A stretch of DNA of 64,000 nucleotides from a virus, in IMG/VR virus record IMGVR_UViG_3300015374_000004, positions 5,787 to 69,786 of that record. One strand, 5' to 3'. The translations under genes and the position numbers were made by a program. Numbering within the stretch: the first letter of the stretch is position 1; each line of letters starts with the position of its first letter. Shown one piece after another: positions 36,333 through 46,578 of this stretch. The notes below the pieces were generated by a model. The model had not been told where the DNA came from. It ran no database searches and worked only from the letters and a program-made list of their open reading frames with translations.

Positions 36333-36495
36333 GGAGACAGTATACGTCAGGACGCTCAACGGGGGAGGAAGCGGCCGGGTGTACCATGCCCCGGAACGCG
36401 AAGAACCCCCGGCTTCCGCTCCGGGGGTTCTTCCTACGACCTGATGAGGAGGTCCATGTGAAGACTACCAGCGACCGCTCACCGGGGGGACCGAA

Positions 36496-37164
36496 GTGAG
36501 CGCCGAGGCCATGGGCTGGGTGTTCCGGCACTCGCCCTACAAGGGGGCGGCCTTCGTCGTCCACCTGGCCATCGCGGACAGCGTCAACGACCAGAACGAC
36601 AACGAGTTCTGGATGTCGCAGGCCAGGCTGTGCGAGAAGGCGAGAACGAGCCACGCCACGACAGAGCGGGCCGTGAAGGCACTCCGGGATGACGGACTCC
36701 TCACGCTCTTGGAGGACAACTCGACGGCTGGAAAGCCTTGCCGTTACCGATTCGAGATGCCTCCGAGGGTCCCTCATGGTGAGGGAGGGGGTCCCTCACA
36801 GGGAGTCACCCGGGTCCCTCATGGTGAGGGACAAACCCAAAGAACAACCCAAGAGAACCCAATAACGCGCGCCTCACGTGAGTTCGAGGCGTTCTGGGCG
36901 ATGTACCCGAGGAAGGTTGGGAAGCCTGCCGCCCTCAAGGCATTCAGGTCTCGCGCGTCGGACGCTCTGATGCAGGGAACGGTCAGATGGGCTGAGTTCT
37001 GGGCGCGGTCGAAGACTGAGATCAGGTTCATCCCGCACCCCTCGACCTTCCTGAACCAGGAGCGGTATCTGGACACGCCGCCGGTCCAGGAGGAGATCTC
37101 TCCGTGGGGTCCAGGCCGCGGCCAGCGGACCGCTGGCGGGGACTGGGTGCCGGTCGATGTCTGA
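36496..37164 (+). CDS. winged-helix replication initiator / replisome organiser-like protein with internal iterons
   Basis: N-terminal HTH 'ARLCEKARTSHATTERAVKALRDDGLL'. The gene contains 3 palindromic DNA iterons. Sits directly upstream of the helicase. Confidence 0.5.
   Translation: MSAEAMGWVFRHSPYKGAAFVVHLAIADSVNDQNDNEFWMSQARLCEKARTSHATTERAVKALRDDGLLTLLEDNSTAGKPCRYRFEMPPRVPHGEGGGPSQGVTRVPHGEGQTQRTTQENPITRASREFEAFWAMYPRKVGKPAALKAFRSRASDALMQGTVRWAEFWARSKTEIRFIPHPSTFLNQERYLDTPPVQEEISPWGPGRGQRTAGGDWVPVDV
36766..36831. repeat. three 20-bp palindromic iterons (GGGTCCCTCA-TGG-TGAGGGA) inside the initiator gene, candidate origin
   Basis: Two perfect copies at 36766-36785 and 36812-36831, plus a variant at 36788-36804. 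Confidence 0.55.
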
Positions 37165-38485
37165 TCCGCGAGTCCCGCCGCACGACATGGGCGCCGAGAC
37201 GTCCGTGCTCGGAGCCTGTCTGCTTTCAGCCCAGGCGTTGGCCGACGTCCTGCCGATCCTCCTGGCTGAGGACTTCTACAAGCCTGCCCACCAGTACGTG
37301 TTCGACGCCATGCTCACCTTGTACGCGAAGGGCGTTCATGTTGACGCTGTGTCAGTAGCAGGCTTACTGACTGATGCGTCAGTCTTTGATGACATCGGCG
37401 GGACCGGGCTCCTGCTCGACTTGCAGATGACCACGCCAGCGATCTCCTCGGCGAAGTCCTATGCCGAGCGCGTCGTGAGGATGTCACGCCTCCGGGCCGC
37501 CATCAGCGCCACCAGCGAAGTCCTCGACGCCGTGTACGACGGCAAGGATCCTGACGTCGTCGTCGACCTGCTGGCCTCGCTCGCTGACGACCGGCGGCTC
37601 GTGCCGCGTGAGATCTCCCTCCCGGCGGACTACCAGCGCGCCGCCGAGTTCAGGGCCATGCTCGACCAGGAGATCGAAGGCGGCGAGTGGATCGTCCCCT
37701 CGATCCTGCGGAAGATGTGGCGGGCGCTCGTGGTCGGGGCCGAGGGCGGCGGCAAGTCGACCATCTTCCGCCAGATGGCCACGCTCGTCGCCAACGGGAT
37801 GCACCCGTTCTCCTCCGGCTACCACAAGATCACCCCGCGCCGCTGCCTGGTGATCGACGCCGAGAACCCGGTCGACATCATCCAGGACCAGTTCGACCTG
37901 ATCGACGAGTGCGCCGGGATGCCCCTGAGCCACTCAGAGAACCTGTGGATCTGGCGGTTGGAGGGCGGAATCAACCTGCGTGAGCGCACCGCCCAGATGC
38001 ACATGGAGCGCATCCTCCAGGACTGCCAGCCCGAGTTCGTCACCATGGGGCCGGTGTACAAGATGTACGCCAACGGCAAGACCGACATGGAGCAGTCAGC
38101 CAACGAGTTCCTCTCGGTGATCGACAACTTCCGCAAGCGGTTCGGCTTCGCCGTGATGATCGAGCACCACGCCCCGAAGGGCTCGAACGGCGAGCGGGAC
38201 ATCGTCCCCTTCGGCTCCTCGACCTGGCTCCGCTGGCCGGAGTTCGGCATCAGGCTCAGGGGCATGGACCTGGACGCTCAGATGCGTCCCCACAAGATCC
38301 TGGTCGGCCGCTTCCGTGGTGACCGGCCGAACGCCCAGTGGCCCACGATCCTTCACCGCGACCGCAAGCAGTCGATGATCCCCTGGGTTGGAGAGTGGCC
38401 GACAGGGACGTTCAGAGATCCATCAGCCAAGCGTCCAGAGCCACCCTCAGTCGGGGACTCAGATCGCAGGGACGGTGGGTCATAA
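37157..38485 (+). CDS. DnaB-like replicative helicase (DnaB N-terminal domain + RecA-like AAA_25 ATPase)
   Basis: 'SVLGACLL...YKPAHQYVFDAM' DnaB N-terminus. Walker A 'GAEGGGKST'. Confidence 0.65.
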   Translation: MSDPRVPPHDMGAETSVLGACLLSAQALADVLPILLAEDFYKPAHQYVFDAMLTLYAKGVHVDAVSVAGLLTDASVFDDIGGTGLLLDLQMTTPAISSAKSYAERVVRMSRLRAAISATSEVLDAVYDGKDPDVVVDLLASLADDRRLVPREISLPADYQRAAEFRAMLDQEIEGGEWIVPSILRKMWRALVVGAEGGGKSTIFRQMATLVANGMHPFSSGYHKITPRRCLVIDAENPVDIIQDQFDLIDECAGMPLSHSENLWIWRLEGGINLRERTAQMHMERILQDCQPEFVTMGPVYKMYANGKTDMEQSANEFLSVIDNFRKRFGFAVMIEHHAPKGSNGERDIVPFGSSTWLRWPEFGIRLRGMDLDAQMRPHKILVGRFRGDRPNAQWPTILHRDRKQSMIPWVGEWPTGTFRDPSAKRPEPPSVGDSDRRDGGS

Positions 38486-38969
38486 GATCTGCTGCCACGG
38501 CATCGGCCACGCTGCGCGCTGAGGCGTGGCCGGTGCTGAGGGGCTCACCGGTCCACCGGTCTGACTTGTACTGACGTACCATGGCGATCGCTTCCCTGAC
38601 GGTCGTGGTAGGCCCCACGTCTCCACACTCGGTCAGGGCCGTCAGGGAAGCCTGGTCGATGGCCCGCAGCGCGTAGAGCGCCTGCCAAGGACGGGGGAGC
38701 CTGGCCAGCGTGGCCTCGTCGAGGTTCGAGTACGCCTGGTAGATCCTCATGTACCGGCTAGCGGTGTCGAGCCCGAACGGCAGTTCGTCCTCCACCCACG
38801 CCTCGTACGCCTGGCGGCCCATGTCCTCCTTGCCGATCAGCAGGAGGCGCCCGATCTCCATGACAGCCCGGCTGGCCGCCTCGTAGATCTGCCTGGTGAG
38901 GGTGTCCCGGTCTATCGCCGGGGCTACCACGACCACGTCTACACTCGCCACGTGGAGATTCTGGCCCAT
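38412..38969 (-). CDS. hypothetical protein
   Basis: 185 aa. Start uncertain. Confidence 0.35.
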   Translation of the reverse strand: MGQNLHVASVDVVVVAPAIDRDTLTRQIYEAASRAVMEIGRLLLIGKEDMGRQAYEAWVEDELPFGLDTASRYMRIYQAYSNLDEATLARLPRPWQALYALRAIDQASLTALTECGDVGPTTTVREAIAMVRQYKSDRWTGEPLSTGHASARSVADAVAADLMTHRPCDLSPRLRVALDAWLMDL

Positions 38970-39386
38970 GGGGCGTGCCGTCTATGCGACGCGTGGACTC
39001 CGCGAGTCATCCTCGAGCGGACCCGAGGGGTGTGCGAGTCCTGCGTGAGCCAAGGGCTGACGTCCCGGCCGATACGCGTCAAGATGGGTGGGGCGCCAGT
39101 CGTTGTTTCCACCCGGCGCTGGCGCTCCACCAAGGGCAGGAAGACGAACCGCAACGCAGTGCGTGCTGCCCACACCGCGGCGATGAAGCGTCTGCGTGAC
39201 GCCTTCCCCGAGATCTACCGGCTGATCTACATGGAGGAGCGGGCCAAGCGTGGCCTGCAGCCGGTGCCGATCGACCTGCCCTGCCTCGATCACGAGCGCC
39301 ATGCTCGGGAGATGGCGGCTGCCGGGGTGGACTTCGACATGGATGCTGTGGTCGGCGCTCTGCGTGACGCCGGGATCGAGGACTGA
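38952..39386 (+). CDS. hypothetical Cys-rich protein (zinc-finger)
   Basis: 'CRLCDAW...CESC'. Confidence 0.35.
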   Translation: MEILAHGACRLCDAWTPRVILERTRGVCESCVSQGLTSRPIRVKMGGAPVVVSTRRWRSTKGRKTNRNAVRAAHTAAMKRLRDAFPEIYRLIYMEERAKRGLQPVPIDLPCLDHERHAREMAAAGVDFDMDAVVGALRDAGIED

Positions 39387-40894
39387 TGGTCACGTTCAGG
39401 ACGCGCAAGCAGCAGCCCGAGGTAACGATCGCCTCGACCCGCATCCAGAACCCCAACCAGTTGATCCGCTCCCGGCCGTCGTTCTCTGTCACCGACCAGC
39501 GGGCGTGGACCTGGTACGACCGGATCGGCGAGGTCCACTTCGGGCTCAACAACGGAGCGCGCGAGTGCTCCCGAGCGAACCTGATGGCCGTCAAGTGGAA
39601 CAGCCCCGACGACTTCACCGAGCAGTCCGGCTACCCCCAGGATCTCGTGATGTCGCTCCAGTCGGAGCACGGCGGCACCCCCACCCTCATCAGCCGGTAC
39701 TACCTGAACTCCAAGGTGACCGGCGACGGCTACATCTACGGCTTCCCGGAGGCTCCAGAGTCCCCGTACATGTGGTTCGACTTCCTCTCCACGGACGAGT
39801 TGCAGTCCTCGAACGCTGTCGACCCGAACGCCCCGATCTGGCGTGTCCGCCAGCCGGAGGCCACTGGCACCACCGTCGACAACAAGCAGGTCGTCAACCT
39901 CAACACCGACATCCTGATCCGGCTCTGGAACCCGCACCCCCGGTACTCCAACGTGGCCGACTCGTCACTCAAGGCGCTGGACCTGATCTGCGAGGAACTC
40001 GACCTCCTGACTCAGTCCCTCAAGGCGAAGATCACCTCCCGCCTGGCGATGGCCGGGATCCTCTACATCGCCGACCGGCTCCAGATCGTGCCGACCGAAC
40101 CGCCCAACGGCGACCCCAACCGGCTCAGCGAAGACCCGCTGATGGACTACATCATCCAGATGTTCACCACGGCGATCATGCACCCGGACGAGCCCTCGGC
40201 GATCATGCCGATCCTCCTCCGTGGCCCGCAGGCCGAGGTCGACCAGTTGATCAAGTGGATCCCGCTCGACAGGGAGATCTTCGCCACTGACATCTCCCAG
40301 CGCGACGAACTCATCAAGCGCATCCTCCACGGCCTCGATCTCCGGCCCGAGCAGGTCGAGGGCTTCTCGGAGTCCAACCACTGGTCGGCGTGGTCGACAC
40401 AGGACGTCCACCTCAAGGTCGACGTCACCCCGGACCTGGTGGCGCTCTGCTGGGCGCTCACCAAGGACTTCCTCTGGCCGCAGTTGCTTGAGTCCCCCGA
40501 CTTCACCGACAAGGCCAACGTCAGGGACTACTCGCTGTGGTTCGACCTGGCCAACCTAACCGTGCGGCCGAACCGCACCGAGGAGTTCAACCAGTTGGCC
40601 GCGGGCGCCGCCGTGAGCCGTGCCGCCCAGCGCGCCGCAGCCTCCGTGCAGGAGGAGGACGCCCCCGACGACATCGAAGAAGTGCGCATGATCGGATGGA
40701 AGACGGGTGACCCGTACTTGTTCCTCTGGAAGAACCCCGAGGCCGAGGAGATCGACTTCACGAAGATCAAGGGGGCATCGCCGCCAGGCCCGGATCCGAG
40801 CACCGCGCCGGATAGTTCGGTGGGTCCAGGTAATGACAGGGGCGCTCCTGGGGCGGGAGACTCAAACGCACCGCGGTCAGAGCAGCCGCAGTAA
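39386..40894 (+). CDS. portal protein
   Basis: 502 aa. Its position heads the structural module. Acidic/Gly-Pro-rich C-terminus. Confidence 0.55.
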   Translation: MVTFRTRKQQPEVTIASTRIQNPNQLIRSRPSFSVTDQRAWTWYDRIGEVHFGLNNGARECSRANLMAVKWNSPDDFTEQSGYPQDLVMSLQSEHGGTPTLISRYYLNSKVTGDGYIYGFPEAPESPYMWFDFLSTDELQSSNAVDPNAPIWRVRQPEATGTTVDNKQVVNLNTDILIRLWNPHPRYSNVADSSLKALDLICEELDLLTQSLKAKITSRLAMAGILYIADRLQIVPTEPPNGDPNRLSEDPLMDYIIQMFTTAIMHPDEPSAIMPILLRGPQAEVDQLIKWIPLDREIFATDISQRDELIKRILHGLDLRPEQVEGFSESNHWSAWSTQDVHLKVDVTPDLVALCWALTKDFLWPQLLESPDFTDKANVRDYSLWFDLANLTVRPNRTEEFNQLAAGAAVSRAAQRAAASVQEEDAPDDIEEVRMIGWKTGDPYLFLWKNPEAEEIDFTKIKGASPPGPDPSTAPDSSVGPGNDRGAPGAGDSNAPRSEQPQ

Positions 40895-40903
40895 GGAGTT
40901 CTC

Positions 40904-42202
40904 GTGGACATCACCTACGGCTCGGTCGCAACCAGTGCCCCGGAGGGCTTCCTGCCCCAGAGGGTTCACTTCCCTACCTTGGCCCGCCTCAATGAGGGGA
41001 CCAAGGAAGGTGGCATGAGCCGGACGATCTTCGGCTCCGGCTTCTCGGTCCGCGAACTGCCGCTCTCCATCGCCGCCCAGTTCCAGACCGGCGGCGGCCA
41101 CGACGGTGCGTTCGCTGTGGGTCGGCTCGACTCCGTGAAGGTCGACGGCAACAACGTCGAGGGCTGGGGCTGGCTGGCCGACACCGAGGAGGGGCGCAAG
41201 GCGTACAACGGCGTGAGGCTCGGCTACCTCCGCGGCAACTCGATCGACATGGCTGACGTGACGGTCGAGGTCGACTTCCAGTGGGAGGACATGGAGGCGC
41301 CGATCCTCGTCAACTTCGTCGAGTCCCGCATCGCAGCCACGACGCTCGTGATGACCCCGGCCTTCGCCTCCGCTTCGGCTGAGATCGAGAACGAGATCAT
41401 GGCCTCGATGAGCGTGGGCGACTTCACCATCGCCGGTACTGACTGGTACGTCAGTATGGACGAGGCGCCGCCGGTCGACGGCTGGAAGATGGAACTGGCT
41501 GCCTCGGCAGGGATCGTGGTTCCGAGGGAGGCGTTCTTCCAGAAGGAGCCCAACGAGGCGACGCCGATCACCATCGACGAGAACGGCTGGGTCTACGGCC
41601 ACCTCGGCACGTGGGAGGGCTGCCACAACGGCTGGGTTGACCGCTGCGTGCGCATCCCCCGCTCCGGCACGAACTACTCCCACTACTGCAAGTCCACCGT
41701 CCTGACGGATAGCGGCCCGGTCCACACCGGCCCGATCTTCCTACTCGGCGGCCACGAGTTCACCCGCGAGGCGATCAACAACGCCTGCGCCGACGTCAAG
41801 AACGCGTGGGCCGACGTACGCGTAGTTGACGGCATCTTCGGTCCCTGGATCTCCGGCATCGTCCGGCCGGGCATCGCCGAGGAGGCCGTCTACGCCGCTC
41901 GGGCCAGCCGGATCTCCGGCCACTGGCTCAAGGGCGAGTTGTACGCCGTCTGCTCGGTGAACGCCGAGGGCTTCGACGTGCCGCGGGCACGCTTCGAGAC
42001 CGACAGCGACAACGAGGTCGAGTACCTCGCCGCCTCGTTCGACGTGACCTGTGGTTGCGACGAGACCGTGGTGGTCGAGGATCTCGGCCTGGAGCACCTC
42101 ATCAGCCGCATCAGAGAGACACTCGGAGATCCCGATGGCAGCAGCGAAGAAGGCAGCAACACCAGCGAAGCGAGTGGCCAAGAAGGCAGCGCCCAGGGTT
42201 GA
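40904..42202 (+). CDS. putative capsid maturation protease / head morphogenesis protein
   Basis: RBS AAGGAG, GTG start. Lies between the portal and capsid genes. Confidence 0.4.
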   Translation: MDITYGSVATSAPEGFLPQRVHFPTLARLNEGTKEGGMSRTIFGSGFSVRELPLSIAAQFQTGGGHDGAFAVGRLDSVKVDGNNVEGWGWLADTEEGRKAYNGVRLGYLRGNSIDMADVTVEVDFQWEDMEAPILVNFVESRIAATTLVMTPAFASASAEIENEIMASMSVGDFTIAGTDWYVSMDEAPPVDGWKMELAASAGIVVPREAFFQKEPNEATPITIDENGWVYGHLGTWEGCHNGWVDRCVRIPRSGTNYSHYCKSTVLTDSGPVHTGPIFLLGGHEFTREAINNACADVKNAWADVRVVDGIFGPWISGIVRPGIAEEAVYAARASRISGHWLKGELYAVCSVNAEGFDVPRARFETDSDNEVEYLAASFDVTCGCDETVVVEDLGLEHLISRIRETLGDPDGSSEEGSNTSEASGQEGSAQG

Positions 42203-42413
42203 GCCCGAGGAGGCGCCCATCCTCTTGGAGGACGTGCGCTCACCGGAGGAGTCCCTCACCGCGGCCGCTACCCAACTGGCCCTTGACTGGCTCTACCGTG
42301 AGGCGTTCAAGTACGGCGCCCGCCACCACACTCGCATCATCGTGGACCAGGCCCAGATCCCCCGAGAGGTGAAGGCCGTCCTCCTCGAAGTCATCGAGCG
42401 CAACAACGACTGA
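42136..42413 (+). CDS. Lys/Ala-rich small protein (scaffold- or histone-like)
   Basis: 'MAAAKKAATPAKRVAKKAAP'. Overlaps the end of the previous gene. Confidence 0.3.
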
Positions 42414-42485
42414 TCTGTCGACTGGCCTCGCCCACGTGAGCCACACTTCGACACCAAGGACATACCGCGCTACTAGGAGGCGGCG

Positions 42486-44219
42486 ATGCTCAAGTTCCCC
42501 GAGGTTCCCTCGGATCTTTCGGCAGTGGACGACGCGGCGCTTGAGGCGCTGCGTGCCGAACTGCACCGGAAGTTGTCGGTCGTCGCCAGCGGTGACTACG
42601 AGCCGGAGGCCGGTGACATCGGCCTTGTCGGTGCGGCCACTGCCGGTCACGAGTCGGTGAAGGCAGAGATCGCCAAGCGTGAGGCCGCCTCGGCCAACGC
42701 CCAGGCCGTCCTCGCCGCCGCCGCCGCTTCGGTGGCTGTGGCCGACCCGGAGGATGACGAAGACACGGACGGTGATGGCGACGTCGATGAGGATGACGTC
42801 ACCGAGGCCGACGACGAGGTCGATACGGGTGCCGCCACCCACGTCGACGAGGTCGAGCCCGACACCGAGATCGAGGCTGAGGTCGACGCCGAGAGCGCCG
42901 AGTCCCTCGCCGTCGCCTCCACGGCCAACGGTCGGCGCACCCCCCAGAAGGGCGTGGGCGCCAAGACCCGCCCGCTGAGTGGCGCTCCGAAGGGTGCGGT
43001 CACCGCCTACGACGGCGTGCCCGGCAAGAAGGCCGGTGAGTCCTTCGACTCCTGGAAGGACGTGTCCTTCGCCCTCCAGGAGCGTGGCCGCAGCGTCGGT
43101 GCGAGCAAGGATCTGGTCCCGGTGGCTGGCGTCAAGGCCAACTACGCCAAGGACCGGGTGCTGCTGGACACCGCCTCGACCAACACCTGGAACCTGAGCC
43201 GGTTCGAGCCGGACGAGATCCAGGCGGCCCTGTGCGCTCCCTGCACGCCGTACTACAACCTCTCCTGCCAGAACACGGACCGCCGCCCGGTGTTCAACAG
43301 CCTGCCCCAGTTCCAGGCTCCCAGGGGTTGCGTGAGCATCTACCCGTCGCCGTCGCTCTCCGACATCACCACCGGCTACGGCCTGTGGGACAAGGACGAC
43401 GACGCTGACAGCAACGCCACGAAGGCGGCCTGCCAGACGATCGCCTGCGCCACGCCGACCGAGTACTTCTTCTACGGCGTGTACCGCTGCATCACCATCA
43501 AGAACATGCTGCAGATGACCTTCCCGGAACTGGTCGAGGCGTACCTCAACCGGCTCGCGGCGGCCACGGCCCGCATGGCCGAGAAGCAGTTGCTCGACCT
43601 GATGGGCTCGGCGGTCAACCACATCACGGCTCCGAGCCGGGTGTACGGCGCCTACGAGACGCTGGCCTCCACGCTGCTGATGTACATCACCGGCTACCAG
43701 GAGCGGCAGCGGTGGGACTTCGACTCCATCGACATGTGGGCTCCTCGCTGGCTGGCGAACGCCCTCCGCATGGACATGTTCCTCCACCGCAACACGAACG
43801 GCGGCCGCAAGACGGTGCCGAGCCTCTCCGAGGTCAACGGGATGCTGGCCAACGTCGGTGTCAACCCGCACTGGTTCATCGACACCCCGTCCTGGGGCAT
43901 CGCTGCTCCGACGCAGGGCACTGGTGCGAGCAACCTGATCACCTGGCCGGACAGCGTGAGCGTCCTGCTGGCGCCTCCGGGGAAGTTCGCCCTGATCGAC
44001 CGTGGGGAACTGCGGATCGGCGTGACCGGCAACAACATCTACCGGGACAACACCTCGAACAGCCGCAACGAGTTCACCATGTTCTTCGAGACCTTCGAGG
44101 GGATCGTGGACACTGACTCCTGCCCGGCCGACATGCTGAACGTGCCGCTCTGCTACAACGGCGCTCAGGTCGCCGACGTGGATGCGGACTGCGACGGTCG
44201 AGACCTGCTGTCGACCTGA
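42486..44219 (+). CDS. major capsid protein with an N-terminal acidic scaffold-like (delta) domain
   Basis: RBS AGGAGG. 577 aa. The N-terminal 160 aa are D/E-rich and coiled-coil; the remainder is consistent with an HK97-fold MCP. Confidence 0.55.
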   Translation: MLKFPEVPSDLSAVDDAALEALRAELHRKLSVVASGDYEPEAGDIGLVGAATAGHESVKAEIAKREAASANAQAVLAAAAASVAVADPEDDEDTDGDGDVDEDDVTEADDEVDTGAATHVDEVEPDTEIEAEVDAESAESLAVASTANGRRTPQKGVGAKTRPLSGAPKGAVTAYDGVPGKKAGESFDSWKDVSFALQERGRSVGASKDLVPVAGVKANYAKDRVLLDTASTNTWNLSRFEPDEIQAALCAPCTPYYNLSCQNTDRRPVFNSLPQFQAPRGCVSIYPSPSLSDITTGYGLWDKDDDADSNATKAACQTIACATPTEYFFYGVYRCITIKNMLQMTFPELVEAYLNRLAAATARMAEKQLLDLMGSAVNHITAPSRVYGAYETLASTLLMYITGYQERQRWDFDSIDMWAPRWLANALRMDMFLHRNTNGGRKTVPSLSEVNGMLANVGVNPHWFIDTPSWGIAAPTQGTGASNLITWPDSVSVLLAPPGKFALIDRGELRIGVTGNNIYRDNTSNSRNEFTMFFETFEGIVDTDSCPADMLNVPLCYNGAQVADVDADCDGRDLLST

Positions 44220-44290
44220 CCTAGACCACGATGCGAGACTTGGACCGCCCTTCGGGGCGGTCCTTCTCGTTCTAGCCAAGGAGCCCAAAC

Positions 44291-45082
44291 GTGGCTGTCA
44301 CCGGCTTTGGTCCCGTCATCCAGTTGCCGACCCCCGCACTGCGGGATGTCGGTCTCCTGCTGGACAACATCCCCCGCCCTGGGATCGACTCGCGGTGGCC
44401 GTTGGGTGTCAAGTTCCAGCCCTTCGACTTCACGGCCCTGCTGTTCAACGACTCGGACTGCGCGCCGACGAACTTGCCCGGCACGAACCGGACGTTCCCG
44501 ACCGTCGTCGAGCAGCCCGCCTTCTCGATCTGGGATGCCGTCAAGTGCTCCACGCTGTGGATGACGCCCCAGGAGTTGGAGGACAACGTCCGCTACCGCT
44601 GGCCGAACCTCATCTCCTACGCCTTCGCCCAGGAGTTGCTCACCAGCAACGCCTCGGGTGGTCACAGCCTCCAGGACGACGACGTCGACCTCGGTGCCTC
44701 GGCCTCGGTTCAGGTCGCTCTGGCTGAGGCCGAGGAGTTCCTGGCGCTCAACCTCAAGAACTCCGTGGGGCTCGTCCACATGTCGCCGAGCCTCCTGGCC
44801 TACGCCGTGGCCAACAACCATGTCTTCCGCCGGGGCAACACGTACTACACGCCTGGCGGCCACATCGTGATCGCCGACGCTGGCTACCAGGTTGCTGAGA
44901 CCACCACCTCGGTCATGTACGTCACCGGCCCGGTGTTCTACGCCATGACGGACGTGGAGTCCTTGGGAGCCCCGTACTCGAACCTGGACCGGACGCACAA
45001 CGACTACCGGGCGCTCCAGATGGCCTACGGGATCCTCCTGTTCGACCCGGCTCTCGTGCGCTCCACGACGGTCACGAAGTGA
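44291..45082 (+). CDS. head-tail connector/adaptor candidate
   Basis: RBS AAGGAG, GTG start. Position after the MCP. Confidence 0.4.
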   Translation: MAVTGFGPVIQLPTPALRDVGLLLDNIPRPGIDSRWPLGVKFQPFDFTALLFNDSDCAPTNLPGTNRTFPTVVEQPAFSIWDAVKCSTLWMTPQELEDNVRYRWPNLISYAFAQELLTSNASGGHSLQDDDVDLGASASVQVALAEAEEFLALNLKNSVGLVHMSPSLLAYAVANNHVFRRGNTYYTPGGHIVIADAGYQVAETTTSVMYVTGPVFYAMTDVESLGAPYSNLDRTHNDYRALQMAYGILLFDPALVRSTTVTK

Positions 45083-45795
45083 CCCTGACGGTCGCCTGCT
45101 CCCGGTGGGTGGAGGCAGAGGATCTGCCCACCGACTGCGTCTGCAACATCACAGACGACGACGTCATCGACGACGTCCTGGACGGCGTGTCCGACATCCT
45201 CACGATGCTCTCCGGCTTCGCTTACTACGGCGTCTGCACCGAGCGCACCATCCGTCCCTGCCGCGGCTGCTGGTGCGGGGCGTGCCCAGGGTGCTGTGAG
45301 ATCGACTCGATCCCGTTGCGTGGCCCGGTGGTCTCCGTCGACGAGGTGAAGATCGACGGTGTCGTCATCGCGCCCTCCGAGTACATGCTCCTGAGCCGCA
45401 ACCGGCTGATGCGTGTCTCGACCGATGGCGCCCGGCGCGCGTCGTGGCCGCAGAACCAGCACGTCTGGGCCGAAGACACCGAGGTCGGCACCTTCTCGAT
45501 CACGTACTCCTTCGGCCACGACCCCCTCCCGTACTTCGCCAGGGCCGCTGCCATCGAGTTGGCGTGCGACCTCCTCAAGACCTTGACCCCCAACTCCAAG
45601 AGCCGTCTCCCGGCCAACGCGACGAACGTCTTCTTCCAGGGGACGCAGGTCTCACTCCAGACCCGCGCTGAGGCCGTCAGGGAGGGCGCTACGTACCTCA
45701 CGAGGGTCTCGGGACTCCTCAGCGCGGCAGGAGGCCGTCAGGCCGGTGTGTACTCGCCGGACGGCCTGGGCGCATGGGTGTTCCCGAGGGCCTGA
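45079..45795 (+). CDS. structural protein (head-tail joining)
   Basis: Position and coupled start. Confidence 0.4.
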   Translation: MTLTVACSRWVEAEDLPTDCVCNITDDDVIDDVLDGVSDILTMLSGFAYYGVCTERTIRPCRGCWCGACPGCCEIDSIPLRGPVVSVDEVKIDGVVIAPSEYMLLSRNRLMRVSTDGARRASWPQNQHVWAEDTEVGTFSITYSFGHDPLPYFARAAAIELACDLLKTLTPNSKSRLPANATNVFFQGTQVSLQTRAEAVREGATYLTRVSGLLSAAGGRQAGVYSPDGLGAWVFPRA

Positions 45796-45861
45796 TCTGT
45801 CGACTGGGGCACCCCCGACGCGGGAACATGACCCCAGTACGTTCTCGAAGGGAGCGACAAC

Positions 45862-46578
45862 ATGGCCACGAATCTCGCCGGTGACTTCTGCATCCAGCAG
45901 TACGGCGTTTGCCACCTGCGGGTCAGTCGGCTGGGGTCGAACTGTGCGCCGCTGACGGGCGCGAACAACGGCGCTGTCTCGGCGTCGATCCTGACCCTCA
46001 CGGCTTCCCCGGAGATCGAGGAAGGGCAGGCGTACGAGTTCAAGAACGGCTGCGGTGTTCTCATCGCGAACGCTCTGGACTGCGACCGGATCAAGCGGTG
46101 GAACCTGACCGGTGAACTCCTGACGTTCGACTACGAACTCCTGGAGATCATGTTCGGCGGCGAACTGATCACAGGCGCGGTCGCCTCGTCCTTCGCTGGT
46201 GAGGTCATCGGCTGGGCGAGCCCCGGCTCGACGGCTGACTGCTCGAACGGTGCGGCGCTTGAGGTCTGGACCAAGATCTCGGTGGGTCCGGGCTCCTGCA
46301 CCCCGGCCGCCAACCCCCCGCTGTTCACCCGGCACATCTTCCCGAAGGTGGTCTTCACTCCCGGCGACAAGACCATCGAGAACGACATCGCTCGGGTAGC
46401 GTTCACTGGGAAGGCCGTGGAGAACCCGGCCTGGGGCAACGGGGCGTTCAACGACTACCCCGGCGTCTACCCCGGTCCGCTGGAGAGCGGCTACTTCCAG
46501 TTCGTCGAGGCTGCCATGCCTTCCGGTGTCACCACCGCCGGTTGTGGCTACGTGACGGTGCCTGCCGACGCATCCTGA
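45862..46578 (+). CDS. major tail protein candidate
   Basis: 238 aa. Position 4 genes before the tape measure. Confidence 0.4.
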   Translation: MATNLAGDFCIQQYGVCHLRVSRLGSNCAPLTGANNGAVSASILTLTASPEIEEGQAYEFKNGCGVLIANALDCDRIKRWNLTGELLTFDYELLEIMFGGELITGAVASSFAGEVIGWASPGSTADCSNGAALEVWTKISVGPGSCTPAANPPLFTRHIFPKVVFTPGDKTIENDIARVAFTGKAVENPAWGNGAFNDYPGVYPGPLESGYFQFVEAAMPSGVTTAGCGYVTVPADAS

